Shown here one piece after another: positions 49,516 to 59,949 of a stretch of DNA of 64,000 bases (within the stretch, counting starts at the first letter, position 1; every line of letters begins with the position of its first letter). The translations under genes were made by a program, and so were the position numbers. The DNA is taken from the NCBI GenBank assembly GCA_963768055.1, contig CAVYGN010000002.1:1504001-1568000 (forward strand), in the 5' to 3' direction. The notes under the pieces were generated by a model. The model had not been told where the DNA came from. It saw only the letters and a list, made by a program, of their open reading frames with translations, and ran no database searches. The DNA is from an uncultured Spirochaetota bacterium (GTDB taxonomy: Bacteria; Spirochaetota; Brevinematia; Brevinematales; JAOACQ01).

Positions 49516-49866
49516 TTATAAATGTACTTTCAAGGGCCTTATTTCTCTTTTGAGGGGGTCTAAAATAAAGCCCATTTCTTCAAGCGTTATTGCCCCTAAT
49601 AACGGTTCATCTTCGTCGCTTTCACCTAAAATAACAGGAGTATGCCCTTTACCTTCCGGAAGAACTATATAACATTCTGATATTCCCCGTGTTATGACTG
49701 TACCATCAGCTAAAATAAGCTCGGTTTCTCTTTCAGATTTTAAACCTAATTTTTCCCATACAGATTTTGGGAGCATTGAATAAGTTGAACCGCTATCAAC
49801 AAGGAATTTTATTTTCTCCTGTTTATTATTATTTGATACTACACCATCAACATATGTTATACCCAT
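49516..49866 (-). CDS. Clan AA (retroviral-like) aspartyl protease
   Basis: FLVDSGSTYSMLP, LADG, PLLGAITLEEMG. Confidence 0.85.
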   Translation of the reverse strand: MGITYVDGVVSNNNKQEKIKFLVDSGSTYSMLPKSVWEKLGLKSERETELILADGTVITRGISECYIVLPEGKGHTPVILGESDEDEPLLGAITLEEMGFILDPLKREIRPLKVHL

Positions 49867-50213
49867 AATTTTACCTCTTTGAAATTATCGGATATATAAA
49901 ATCGTTTGTCAAGCGGTGCCGTAGATCAGCGCGCCGGAGAAAATTTTAACCGGAAATACCCCGAAAAACCCGCAAATTTCTAAATCTCCGGCCTTGTATA
50001 CATCCCGGCGGGAAAACTACATGCAGGGGCATTTTAGGGCTGTAAAAAAGGGCAATTTTGAGTATATACCCCTTAAAAACGGTCAATATAAGGCTTTAAA
50101 ATTATACGGGTTAAGGAGAAATATACGAACGGCGCATAAAAGAGGTCCCCACGTTGACCTTTTTGAGGCGTTTTTTGATAAAACCTTGCCGAAGCTCCCG
50201 GTTCAGAAGTTGT

Positions 50214-50921
50214 CTATTTTGCTCCGGCTTTTTTCAAAAGTTTTATGACAGTCGGGTCTGTTGCTAACATCAAAGCCGTCTTACCATCTTTATTTATATT
50301 TACATCGGCCCCCGCACCAATCAGTGCTTTGACTGTATATGCGCTCAAGCCTTCTTCGGCTGAGTACATTAAAGCCGTCTTACCATCTTTATCCGCTATA
50401 TTGACATTAGCTCCAGCCTTGATCAATGATTTAATAACGTTCTTATTGACCTTGGAACTTGCTATTATTAAAGCTGTCCTGCCATATTCATCAATTATGT
50501 TTAAATCAGCCCCTGCTTCGATCAATTCTTTAACTATTTATTTATAATTAGACCATTTACAGGCGGCCGCCTTCATTAAAGCAGTTTCGCCGTGTTCATT
50601 CACCACATTGACATTGAAACCGCAACTTATCATAGCATAAACCGCAGTCTCATTACCTGTGCTGGCCTCATACACCAAATCCGTAGTCCATCCAGCTTGT
50701 TTTAGCATCAGGGCACATTCAGCCATAATTTTACGATCTTTAAGAGAAAGCAATTGGTTATTTAAATTTGTGGAAGTTTCAATTTTAATATCATTGGATC
50801 CACATATAGAACATTTTGATATCATAAAGCTTGTTTTAGTTCCCGGTGAATACCCGAGTGATTTTGCAGCCTCTTCAGTATCCATAACAGTTCCACAAGA
50901 ATTACACTTATAGATTGCCAT
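50214..50921 (-). pseudogene. Zn-ribbon + ankyrin-repeat gene split by one in-frame TAA (50538-50540)
   Basis: CNSC..CSIC, then ankyrin repeats; reads ..KWSNYK*IVKELIEAGADLN.. in the same frame. Confidence 0.8.
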
Positions 50922-50962
50922 CTTATTACCCCCAAAATTTATTTTTATTTATCACCCTATCC

Positions 50963-51221
50963 CTAAAACAGCCCCTCCCCCTTCTCCATCTTCTCCCTGG
51001 CCTCCCTCAGCGACCTTTCCGCCTCTTCCCTGACCGCCATGCGCTCCGGGGAATCCGGCGGCAGGTTCAAAAGCCGCTTCTGCTTCTCTATCTCCTCTTT
51101 CTCCTGGGCCGAGGGATTATGATTGATCTTGAAATATATAAACTCAACCTTTTTCCCCTTTTTTCCCATATCGTAAGTGAACCGGATATCGGTTTTTTCC
51201 TCCAGCTCCCACTGGGCTACA
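50963..51221 (-). pseudogene. Remnant of Rep_3-like replication initiator C-terminus
   Basis: AQWELEEKTDIRFTYDMGKKGKKVEFIYFKI resembles the Rep_3 A..EI.EKTDI...Y...K.GRKV..I.F.I motif; N-terminal domain absent. Confidence 0.5.
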
Positions 51222-51227
51222 TTTGTT

Positions 51228-51406
51228 TTAAAATTCCTGATCCCATTCAACTTTATATTTATCAGAAAATGGACACCAATCTCTATGCCATCCCAATTCT
51301 TTACCATATCTGGCCGTTTCTTTAATATCAATTATCGTGTAGATATTACAGACATATTCAGGTATTACAATTTTATTTTCCGATAAGCGTTGAGAAAATG
51401 CTTCTA
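51228..51406 (-). pseudogene. 3' half of a 133-aa hypothetical gene interrupted by the Tn3 element
   Basis: Joining 56465-56243 to 51406-51228 gives one open frame ending ..DKYKVEWDQEF*. Confidence 0.75.
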
Positions 51407-51485
51407 TAGTAGGGGTACTATCGGCATTTCCGACAAAAGTACCGCTAAGCCTGTTTTCTCACAAAATTTCCTGAATTTTGTAGCG

Positions 51486-54461
51486 CTAAACAATATTCCC
51501 AAAATTTAAAGGCCTCAAATCGTCGGCTTCGGTTTCTTTTTGAACGTTGAAGTTGTAATCTCCGAGAAAATTAATATGCTCCCAACCAAGTGGGCTTATA
51601 TTCTGTAAGAGATCTTCCATCAGAGTGCCATTAGCTTTAAGATGATTGGCGGCTTTTTGCAAGTATTTGGTATTCCATACGCTGATCGCGTTTATAATGA
51701 TGCTCAAAGCGCTTGCCCGCTGCAGTTGGTCCTGAAGTTCCCTTTCCCTGAACACACCATGCTTTCCGATAAATATGCCTTCCCTTGCAAGGGCATTGAC
51801 GGCCTCACCCTTATTCAGGCCCTTCTGTATACGTCTCCGAAAACGCTTATCAGTGATAAAGTCCAGAATAAAGATGGTTTTCTCGATCCGTCCCATTTCC
51901 CTCAGGGCTGCCGCGAGGGTATTCTGCCTTGAATATGAGCCAAGCTTGGACATTATCGAAGAACCGGTCACCTTGCCTGTTCTTATGGAATGAGCAAGGC
52001 GTAGCACGTCATCGTAATTTTCCCGTATCAGTTTGAGGTTTATTTTTCCCTTAATGATATGCTGTATATTTCGGTAGTTGACCGGATCTTCCAGCGAGTA
52101 CAGAACAAGTTCCGATATGCCCCTGATTCTCGGTGCGAATCTCAGGCCAAGCAGATGGCATAAACCGAACACTTGGTCAGTATATCCGGCTGTGTCCGTG
52201 TAATGCTCGCAAATATTAAGGTCAGTCTCATGAAAGAAAGCCCCGTCAATGACATAAAGGGCGTCCCTGGAGTTTGTGGGGATAACAGTGGAATAATATG
52301 AGGAATACTGATCGCTGATGAAGCGGTACATGGTTGTTCCTTTTTGTGATCCATAATGCGGGTTATGTTCGGCATTCAACGCCGATACTCCGACCTGGAC
52401 CCTCATTCCATCGGAAGACGACGTGGTACCGTCACCCCAATAAGCAGATAAGGCCTGTTTATGCTGATAATTCACAAGAACGGCCTGGGCTTTTATCATT
52501 GCTTCGTCATACATTCGCCATTGTGCCATGTTGGCCATCTGCCAGTAAGAGATACCCGGTGTAGATTCCGCCATCTTGTACAAACCGATATTGGTCCCCA
52601 TGGCCATCAGGGTAGCCATTAGAACAGGTATTTCTTCATTCCTTGCAAGATTTCCCGTGGAAGCGTGAATGAATTTCCTGTCGAAGTTAGTCCAGCCCGC
52701 GACTTCTTGCAGCAGCTCTGGCAATTTTATATGGGGCAGCATGCCGTAAAGCCTTTGGCTCAATACTTCGGCCTCTTCCGGAGTGTCTTTGTCAAGCTTT
52801 TCAACATGAATACCGTCCGTGTCGATGTTAACGCCTTCCAGGCTGCCAAGATTTCTTGAAAGCCGTTCCAGGCGGTTATTCAATGATTCCGACCTTTCCC
52901 TTAAATAGTAGTTATAATCGGTGCTGACCGCCAATTGGGTATTGGAGGTCTCTTTTGCTTTTATCCAACCCTCTTTTGATACAAGGTATTCATCAAAGTT
53001 CCTGTAATTTCTGCTTCCCTTCACGGCAATGTCCCCGGCCCTGGTCCTGTTCCTCAATTCAGTCAAAACAGCCATCTCGTAATAATGCCTGTTTATCTGA
53101 CCTCCCGGTTCAAAAATGAATTTGTCCCACCTGTTGGTAATAAAGCCCATGGGAGCGTTTGGAGGCATTTTTCGTGCCCCGGTCTCGTTCATTTCTTTAA
53201 TGAGCTTCAGGGCGTCAAGCAACGGCTTCATGGAGGTATTGGTTGAAGAAAATTCAAGGCACTTGACCAAAACCGGCGTGTATTTCCGGAGATGGTTGTA
53301 CCAGACGTCAAGTAAATCCAGGTAGTCATAGTTCAACGGCCTGACAAGCTTTCTGGCTTCCTCCACAGACTCGACAATCATCTCCCAGGGCATAACGGAT
53401 TCTATGGTATCATAGGGGTCAAGACCTTCATTCCTGGCCTTGATCAATGCGGCGCCCAGGTCAGCAAACTGAATAATCTTCTCATTCAGGGATTTGCCAT
53501 TCTGTTTCTGGATTTCATCCTGTTCCTTTCTGCCTTTGGAAAACAAAGTGTTGATCTGCCTGTCATGGATCTCGACCGCGAGGTCAACAAGGCTTTGACT
53601 TAAACCATGAAGGTATACCCCAAGAATAGCATGCCGTTTGTCTGCATCGAAACGACGGAATGAACGAGGTTCATATTTTGACCCCAGCCTTGTCAATTGC
53701 CGCAATCTGTTGGGGTGTATCCCGGCAATATCAATATTGAGGTCCAGTTCTCGTATTTTTTCAAGCCTTTCGACAACCTCAAGAAAGGCTTTCGGGGACG
53801 ATTTTCCGGGATCCTCTTTAAGCCAGCCAAGAACCGTCTTGGCTGCTTCATCTGGCGATTCAATCAGTTTATCCATTTTCTGTTTTTGTAGAGGGGTGAG
53901 AGCATCATTTATACTCTTGATAACTTGCTCATCAGCCATTATGCGGACCTCGTTGACTATTCTTTCTATTGTGGTGATCCCGGGAAGAATGACCAGGTTC
54001 CTCTTTAATTTATTGATGGATTCCCGTATAAGATGAATGATGTTGTCGTTTTCCATAGCGAAAGGAAGGAGATGTATTGAAAGCATCTCACCGTCTTCTT
54101 CGGAATATTGCCTGTATCCATATGTTGTCTGCAATTCTTCAAGATGTTCGTATTTTGTCATCCTTCTCTGGAAATACTTGGAAAAAATTTCTGGGTTAAC
54201 ATGAAGCTGTTCCGCTATATAAGAAAGTACCATATCAGGAATCTCATTGTGAGATCCAAGTGGCCATCCGGGATTCCTAAGCATGCAAAGCTGAACGGCA
54301 AAACCAAGACGGTTATAGTCTCTTCTGTGAAGGCTGATGATCCCGATGTCCTTATCAGTCAGAGTATAATGCCTGGCTATCTCAAAATCGCTTATATCTT
54401 CAGGAACATTGGTAAATTCAAGCCTTTGTTCTTCAGTCAGCAATATCTCAGGAACCGCCAT
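51486..54461 (-). CDS. tnpA: Tn3 family transposase
   Basis: 991 aa; NRLGFAVQL, SSSDG, HYTDTAGYTD, LNKGEAVNALAR, ISPLGWEHINFLGDY. Confidence 0.97.
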   Translation of the reverse strand: MAVPEILLTEEQRLEFTNVPEDISDFEIARHYTLTDKDIGIISLHRRDYNRLGFAVQLCMLRNPGWPLGSHNEIPDMVLSYIAEQLHVNPEIFSKYFQRRMTKYEHLEELQTTYGYRQYSEEDGEMLSIHLLPFAMENDNIIHLIRESINKLKRNLVILPGITTIERIVNEVRIMADEQVIKSINDALTPLQKQKMDKLIESPDEAAKTVLGWLKEDPGKSSPKAFLEVVERLEKIRELDLNIDIAGIHPNRLRQLTRLGSKYEPRSFRRFDADKRHAILGVYLHGLSQSLVDLAVEIHDRQINTLFSKGRKEQDEIQKQNGKSLNEKIIQFADLGAALIKARNEGLDPYDTIESVMPWEMIVESVEEARKLVRPLNYDYLDLLDVWYNHLRKYTPVLVKCLEFSSTNTSMKPLLDALKLIKEMNETGARKMPPNAPMGFITNRWDKFIFEPGGQINRHYYEMAVLTELRNRTRAGDIAVKGSRNYRNFDEYLVSKEGWIKAKETSNTQLAVSTDYNYYLRERSESLNNRLERLSRNLGSLEGVNIDTDGIHVEKLDKDTPEEAEVLSQRLYGMLPHIKLPELLQEVAGWTNFDRKFIHASTGNLARNEEIPVLMATLMAMGTNIGLYKMAESTPGISYWQMANMAQWRMYDEAMIKAQAVLVNYQHKQALSAYWGDGTTSSSDGMRVQVGVSALNAEHNPHYGSQKGTTMYRFISDQYSSYYSTVIPTNSRDALYVIDGAFFHETDLNICEHYTDTAGYTDQVFGLCHLLGLRFAPRIRGISELVLYSLEDPVNYRNIQHIIKGKINLKLIRENYDDVLRLAHSIRTGKVTGSSIMSKLGSYSRQNTLAAALREMGRIEKTIFILDFITDKRFRRRIQKGLNKGEAVNALAREGIFIGKHGVFRERELQDQLQRASALSIIINAISVWNTKYLQKAANHLKANGTLMEDLLQNISPLGWEHINFLGDYNFNVQKETEADDLRPLNFGNIV

Positions 54462-54468
54462 TTTTACC

Positions 54469-55032
54469 TCATATTTTTGATCTTTGATTTTTTATATATC
54501 GGTATAAACTAGTTTTGCTGATCCCGGTTGCTTTCCTGATTTCGGAAACGGAATACTCTTTGCTATCATACATTTTTATTGCCAAATCCACTTCTTTGGA
54601 AGGTTTAAACGGGCGGCCACCTTTTCTTCCTCTTGCCCGTGCGCTTGCAAGTCCCTCCCTGGTCCTCTGACTGACCAGGTCTCTTTCAAATTGGCTTATT
54701 CCTGCAAACATGGTAAACATTAATTTTCCTTGGGGAGTAGTTGTGTCCATCCACGATTCTTTTAGGCTTTTAATATTCGCTCCCTTTCTTTCTATTAATT
54801 CAACAAGATGGAACAGGTCTTTTGTCGATCTGCTCAATCTGGTCAAATCGCTTATTATAATGACATCTCCCTTCCTGACATGGTCCAGCAGTTTTTCCAA
54901 TTCAGGCCTTTCTTTTTTAGTTCCTGTTATTTTCTCCTGGTAAACCTTTTCACATCCGGATGATTTCAGTTGATCCAGTTGTCTGTCCAGATTCTGGGAG
55001 TCGGTTGACACCCTTGCATATCCTAAAATCAT
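54469..55032 (-). CDS. tnpR: Serine resolvase
   Basis: GYARVST..QNLDRQ, DLTRLSRS, ARGRKGGRP, C-terminal HTH. Confidence 0.95.
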   Translation of the reverse strand: MILGYARVSTDSQNLDRQLDQLKSSGCEKVYQEKITGTKKERPELEKLLDHVRKGDVIIISDLTRLSRSTKDLFHLVELIERKGANIKSLKESWMDTTTPQGKLMFTMFAGISQFERDLVSQRTREGLASARARGRKGGRPFKPSKEVDLAIKMYDSKEYSVSEIRKATGISKTSLYRYIKNQRSKI

Positions 55033-55044
55033 ATTTGCTCCTCA

Positions 55045-55200
55045 AAATGTTTTTGAATATTGTACCATATAGGTTCATAATTCTCAATAACCGGAACATT
55101 GTTTATGGGAATAGTTATGGTACAGGAAAAATGTTCAATTTATGCTGAATTTCATTAGAACAATATTCTTCCCAAATACGTTCGTTTATGGAACAGATAT
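55045..55200. promoter_or_regulatory. Probable res site
   Basis: Non-coding gap between tnpR and the cargo, with related half-sites TGTACCATA, TATGGTACA, TTTATGGGAA and TTTATGGAAC. Confidence 0.5.
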
Positions 55201-55204
55201 TTAC

Positions 55205-55233
55205 TTGACAATATAACCATCTGGTTATATAAT
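55205..55233 (+). promoter_or_regulatory. Consensus sigma-70 promoter with overlapping palindromic operator
   Basis: TTGACA-17-TATAAT; the spacer carries the palindrome ATATAACCA-TC-TGGTTATAT. Confidence 0.85.
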
Positions 55234-55250
55234 TCATTCGAGGTTTGGAA

Positions 55251-55598
55251 ATGAAAATTGAATTTTATGAAACTACGACAGGGAAAAGTCCTGTCTTGGA
55301 TTCCATTAATGAACTTAGCAATGAGGACCAGACGAAGATACTCGGATGCTTAGAGAATATCCAGCAGTTAGGCTTTGATTGCCCAAGGGTCGAGTTTCGA
55401 CAGATTGAAGGCAAGTTATGGGAAATAAAGATCAGGGCAAATTCTGGCGGATTCCGGTTTTTTTATGTTTCTGTCAGCAAGAAGTTACTTGTAATCCTGC
55501 ATATGATAAAGAAAAAGACTCAGAAAACGCCGCCCAAGGATATAAATGTAGCAATGAACCGGCTAAAGGAGGTTATAGCAAATGAAGACATTAGATAA
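55251..55598 (+). CDS. RelE/ParE-superfamily (Gp49/HigB-like) toxin
   Basis: IEFYETTTGKSPV, KLWEIKIR..FRFFY..LHMIKKKTQKTP..DI..A..R. Confidence 0.88.
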   Translation: MKIEFYETTTGKSPVLDSINELSNEDQTKILGCLENIQQLGFDCPRVEFRQIEGKLWEIKIRANSGGFRFFYVSVSKKLLVILHMIKKKTQKTPPKDINVAMNRLKEVIANEDIR

Positions 55599-55875
55599 AG
55601 TTATAGCGGAGAAGATGAAAGATGAAGAATTCGCCGTTCTCTATGTGAAGGAAATGATTATAAACAAGATTGCCTGTGCTGTTATTGATATGCGGCAAAG
55701 ACAGGGTTTGACTCAGACAGAACTCGCAGAAAAAGCCCATACTTCACAACCGGTCATAGCCAGGTTGGAACGGGGATCTGATTCCCGGATTCCTTCACTG
55801 GAACTTCTTGGCCGAATTGCTCGTGCACTTGGAAAAGAAATTACTATTGACTTTAAGCCGGTTCATCACAATTGA
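55582..55875 (+). CDS. XRE/HigA-like HTH antitoxin
   Basis: RQRQGLTQTELAEKAHTSQPVIARLE..PSLELLGRIARAL; overlaps the toxin end. Confidence 0.88.
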   Translation: MKTLDKVIAEKMKDEEFAVLYVKEMIINKIACAVIDMRQRQGLTQTELAEKAHTSQPVIARLERGSDSRIPSLELLGRIARALGKEITIDFKPVHHN

Positions 55876-55888
55876 AAGAGGACAGTCT

Positions 55889-56197
55889 ATGACGATCAAC
55901 CTACGTGAGGTTTATCCTATAAAATATTACAAAAAAGAAGGTTTTGTAGAACGAAAGCTGGAGATTAACGAAGAAGATCTTCAAAATATCATAGAGGATT
56001 ATTTGTTGAATAATGCAGAGTTTGATTTTGATGAAATTGATATTGTCAACAATCGTCCCATAAATGTCTGGCTACATGTAAAGTGCCGCAAATACACTGA
56101 TCCCGAAGATGAAGATTACGAAGATGTGTTGAATGAAGCCGAGGTGGTAATCGCGGGGGACTATGATGGCAATCCAACACCAGGCTTGATAGTTTAA
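55889..56197 (+). CDS. Small acidic hypothetical protein (transposon cargo)
   Basis: GAGGA RBS, ATG 55889, 102 aa; ends 7 bp before the IR. Confidence 0.65.
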   Translation: MTINLREVYPIKYYKKEGFVERKLEINEEDLQNIIEDYLLNNAEFDFDEIDIVNNRPINVWLHVKCRKYTDPEDEDYEDVLNEAEVVIAGDYDGNPTPGLIV

Positions 56198-56242
56198 AAA
56201 TTGTCTTAGCGGTACTTTTGTCGGAAATGCCGATAGTACCCC

Positions 56243-56465
56243 TAGTAGTATTGCTGCAGTAAGTAGAGATAACTCGTCCTGCTATCATTATGCTCTCGTT
56301 ATTATTACATTTTTCATAAACCAGAGATCCCATTAATAACCCGAGTTTCTTATCAAATTCTACCCTGTTGTTATTCCTTTTAAGATTGATCTTTTCGGTT
56401 AAATGAGCTCCCGCAGTAACGAGAAGCTGAATCGTTGAAGTAACTGTTAAATTATTAGCATTCAT
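56243..56465 (-). pseudogene. 5' half of the gene interrupted by the Tn3 element
   Basis: GGAGAGG RBS plus ATG 56465; the frame runs into the IR at the TAGTA duplication. Confidence 0.75.
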
Positions 56466-56498
56466 ATTATTTAACCTCTCCCAAGTCTTAAGTCTGTA

Positions 56499-56744
56499 TT
56501 ATTTAGGTAAATTAAACTTTGCACCTGGTTTGTAGAATTTAACCCTTTCCCTTTTGCTAAAATCATAATCTTTATTATTCCAAATTGTTAAAACTTTTTT
56601 ATCTTCGTCGATGAAGGCATCCAGTGTGCAATCTTTGTTCTTGTCAATCCCCATTATTTTTGCGGCTTCCGCAGGTATCGTAATTCTCGCGGATAAACCA
56701 AGAATACCTTTTCTTGATTGCACTTTAATTTTGTATGCCGGCAT
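56499..56744 (-). CDS. Small AbrB/MazE-like DNA-binding protein
   Basis: GAGGAG RBS, MPAYKIKVQ..SARITIPAEAAKIMGI pattern. Confidence 0.5.
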   Translation of the reverse strand: MPAYKIKVQSRKGILGLSARITIPAEAAKIMGIDKNKDCTLDAFIDEDKKVLTIWNNKDYDFSKRERVKFYKPGAKFNLPK

Positions 56745-57192
56745 TTCAGACTCCTCATTTTCTATATTATAAGGCTTGAAATATTGAGTGACGGGGATAA
56801 ACTCGGCTACACCAATTCTCAGTTGCAATACGCTTCGCTTATGTTTGATATACCTACCAATGAGGGCATACCGGATTCTATATTGAAATGAATATCTCCT
56901 TCTTTCCAAAATACAATGATATCAAACAAATTCTATTGACTAATTTTTCCGATAATGTATAATAGTTGTAAGGATAAAAGGGATTTCATAAATGCCTTTA
57001 AAAAACCTCGAAAACATTTCCCCGGAACAGGCCGGATTTATCCGCGCAGAGTAGTCAGCAGATAAGATCAACGGATTTTATGTTTATTAACAACAATCTT
57101 ATTAATAGCGCTAAAGCTTTAAATGGATCTGAAAAATCTGGGAATGCAGGTCATTTTTTGTCTATCTGTTTTGGTTTACAATACGGCCTACT

Positions 57193-58744
57193 TTATCTTT
57201 CTCTTACTTGTCCGAACACCACCCCCTGTCTCACTATTTTATAGATAAGGCGCCCATTAGTAATACCGTTTTGTAATATGAATTTTGCGGATTCTTCATT
57301 CGTAACAACAAAATTCCATGGCGGCAAATATGGCCAAATACTATCTGCGGGGGAAAACGAAGTTTGAAGGCAGACTGTATGAACCTTATTCGTATGTTCA
57401 AGCCCTTCCTCCTCTATAAGATGCTTTTTTAATGCCGTAAACAATTCCTTATTCCCAAATTCATAATAATCCCCCCCCCTGATAATGCTTCATTGCTTCA
57501 GCCAGGTTATTCCCTGCAAAACGATTGAAATAGCTGTAATGATATGGATATAAGGAAACGATCTCATAAATATACAAGGCTGAACTAGCGATGAATAATC
57601 CTAAAAATATTATTTTTAACCAGGTAATCTTATAGATTTTCTCTAATATAAGAGCTGTTACAATGCCGCATATTATTATCAAAGGTACCATAGCAAATAT
57701 CATCTGACGTATTTCATTGTAAAGATGGGATTTTTGAATTATTGGATATAAACTTGTAAATAAAAAACTCAAAATTAGTACTACCCAGGCGGTAAATTTA
57801 CAAATATCTATCGATAAAGTCTTTGCTTTAAATTTCCCCGTTATCCAAAATGAAAATATAATAAGACTTATAATGGAAATAACAAATATCCATTCAGGAA
57901 ATTTGACTAGATAATATGACGGAATATACATAGGATCACCCAAGCCTCTGATATGTATAAAATATTGAAGGGATTCTGGTATAGCGCTTATAGGATATTT
58001 TTGTAGCCATGGCCAGAATAGCGCCATAACTATAAAAGCACTGATAATTAAAACAGGAATTCGCTTAATAATATTTACCTGCCATTTAAAGACCGTATGA
58101 AATTGAATATTTTCAAAAACGAGGCGATAAACCGAATAAAATACCCATGCAATAATGAAATAAAAAAACAGTATAAGTCCTCCGATCCTTATGCCGGCGG
58201 TTATGCCACAATAAAGCCCGACCTGTAGAGCGTCTTTAAAGCGGAAATCCGGAAACTTGAAAATTGTTTTTATAATACTGTAAATCCCCCATATAAATGT
58301 AGCTGCAAATGGAATATCTTTAGAATTATTGAACATATGGCCCAGATAAGTAGGGAAAAGAAATAACAGCAATGCTGAAAAAAAGCCCCCGGCATTACCA
58401 GCAAATTTTTTACCGATCATAAAAGCGCCTATTATTCCCCATAAACCGAAAAGGGCATTGATAAGATGCCGTGATTCATAAGTACCGAAAGGCAGGACCG
58501 ATACGCCAATTTCAGCGATAGCTTCAAAAAAACCGCCATAATAGTACAAATCATAAAAATGCTGGGATGAATGATCCTGGAAAAAACTTGTGTAAAAACT
58601 TACGATTTGTTGTCCGTACTTATGTTGAAATCCCTCATCCCAATTAGTCCCGTATATCTGGAATGTAAATAATATCCATGCCAGAATGAGCGCGAATAAT
58701 AATAACGAGAGATATAAATAGAATTTATCAAAATGTTTCATCAT
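57193..58744 (-). pseudogene. GT-C (ArnT/PMT-like) membrane glycosyltransferase frameshifted at a G9 tract
   Basis: NWDE, YYGGFFE, GHMFNNSKDIPFA, RIGG, LYNEIRQ, YPYHYSYFN; removing one G at 57471-57479 joins the two ORFs (..HYQGGDYYEFGNKEL..). Confidence 0.8.
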
Positions 58745-59153
58745 TTCCTCAGAATTAATACTTGGAATATTATTTTACCTGTTACTCATTGAAAATGCCA
58801 TTATTATATTAAAAAGGATAGCAGGGCGGCGCATGGGTATGATGCTACGCGCTGGCCGGATTACCTCCGGCGGGGCAATATTAATAAAGCTTATTGTAGG
58901 CCCCATGGGAGCATTCGTGTTATGTACTGAAAAGTAACAAGCCGTTTGGCTGTCAATTAATCAGAAATATCAATGCTTTCAACATACATAAAGTAATTAA
59001 AGTATTATAAAAGTAAAGAAGCTCCCTTATTTTTTTAATTGGGGTTCTAACCATAAACCCCCGAAATATTTGATACCTATTATATTGTCGACAGCCAGGG
59101 AGATTCCCAACCTTTTCCTGAAAATTACCATTTAAGATTTTAGATAGAAATCA

Positions 59154-59658
<505 letters not shown>

Positions 59659-59946
59659 TTACACTAATATTAAACCTTCCGGGTCAAAAGTCTTTTTTGT
59701 TCCAATATGTTCTACTCTATTTTTCCAGTTTGCTCCAAGATAATAAAATCGAAGGCTATCGTATTTTTCATTGATTTCTTTTTCAAGTTTATGCCGTAAT
59801 TCTTTCCATTGTGCAGGATCTACAAGGCATTCAAAAACAGAGTACTGAACGCGCTGGCCGTAATCTTCACAAATTTTTGCAACACGTCGGAGCCTTTTTT
59901 TACCTCTTTCATCCTCAGCTACATCATAACTCACAAGTACCAGCAT
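59659..59946 (-). CDS. cas2: CRISPR-associated endonuclease Cas2
   Basis: LVSYDV, RLRRVAKIC..YGQRVQYSVFEC, DSLRFYYLG. Confidence 0.96.
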   Translation of the reverse strand: MLVLVSYDVAEDERGKKRLRRVAKICEDYGQRVQYSVFECLVDPAQWKELRHKLEKEINEKYDSLRFYYLGANWKNRVEHIGTKKTFDPEGLILV

Positions 59947-59949
59947 GCA

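Larger units (their letters stand above)
51412..56242. mobile_element. Complete Tn3-family transposon (4831 bp)
   Basis: Perfect 38-bp IRs GGGGTACTATCGGCATTTCCGACAAAAGTACCGCTAAG (51412-51449, 56205-56242) and a 5-bp duplication TAGTA (51407-51411, 56243-56247). Confidence 0.97.

Noticed and set aside
49915..50213. Plasmid origin or iterons near the Rep-like remnant; 84-aa ORF
   Set aside because: No regular direct repeats found and no protein features.
56046..56242. C-terminal part of tracked ORF 56046-56465
   Set aside because: Read-through into the transposon IR; the original 3' end is at 51228-51406.
56936..57090. Promoter-like TTGACT..TATAAT followed by 20-aa ORF MPLKNLENISPEQAGFIRAE
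   Set aside because: Too short to support; may be a gene remnant.
58820..58930. Possible DGR template repeat (GGAW..SIRV-like translation)
   Set aside because: No convincing nucleotide identity to 19719-19844, no AAC-rich codons, and it needs a frameshift; at most a decayed fragment.
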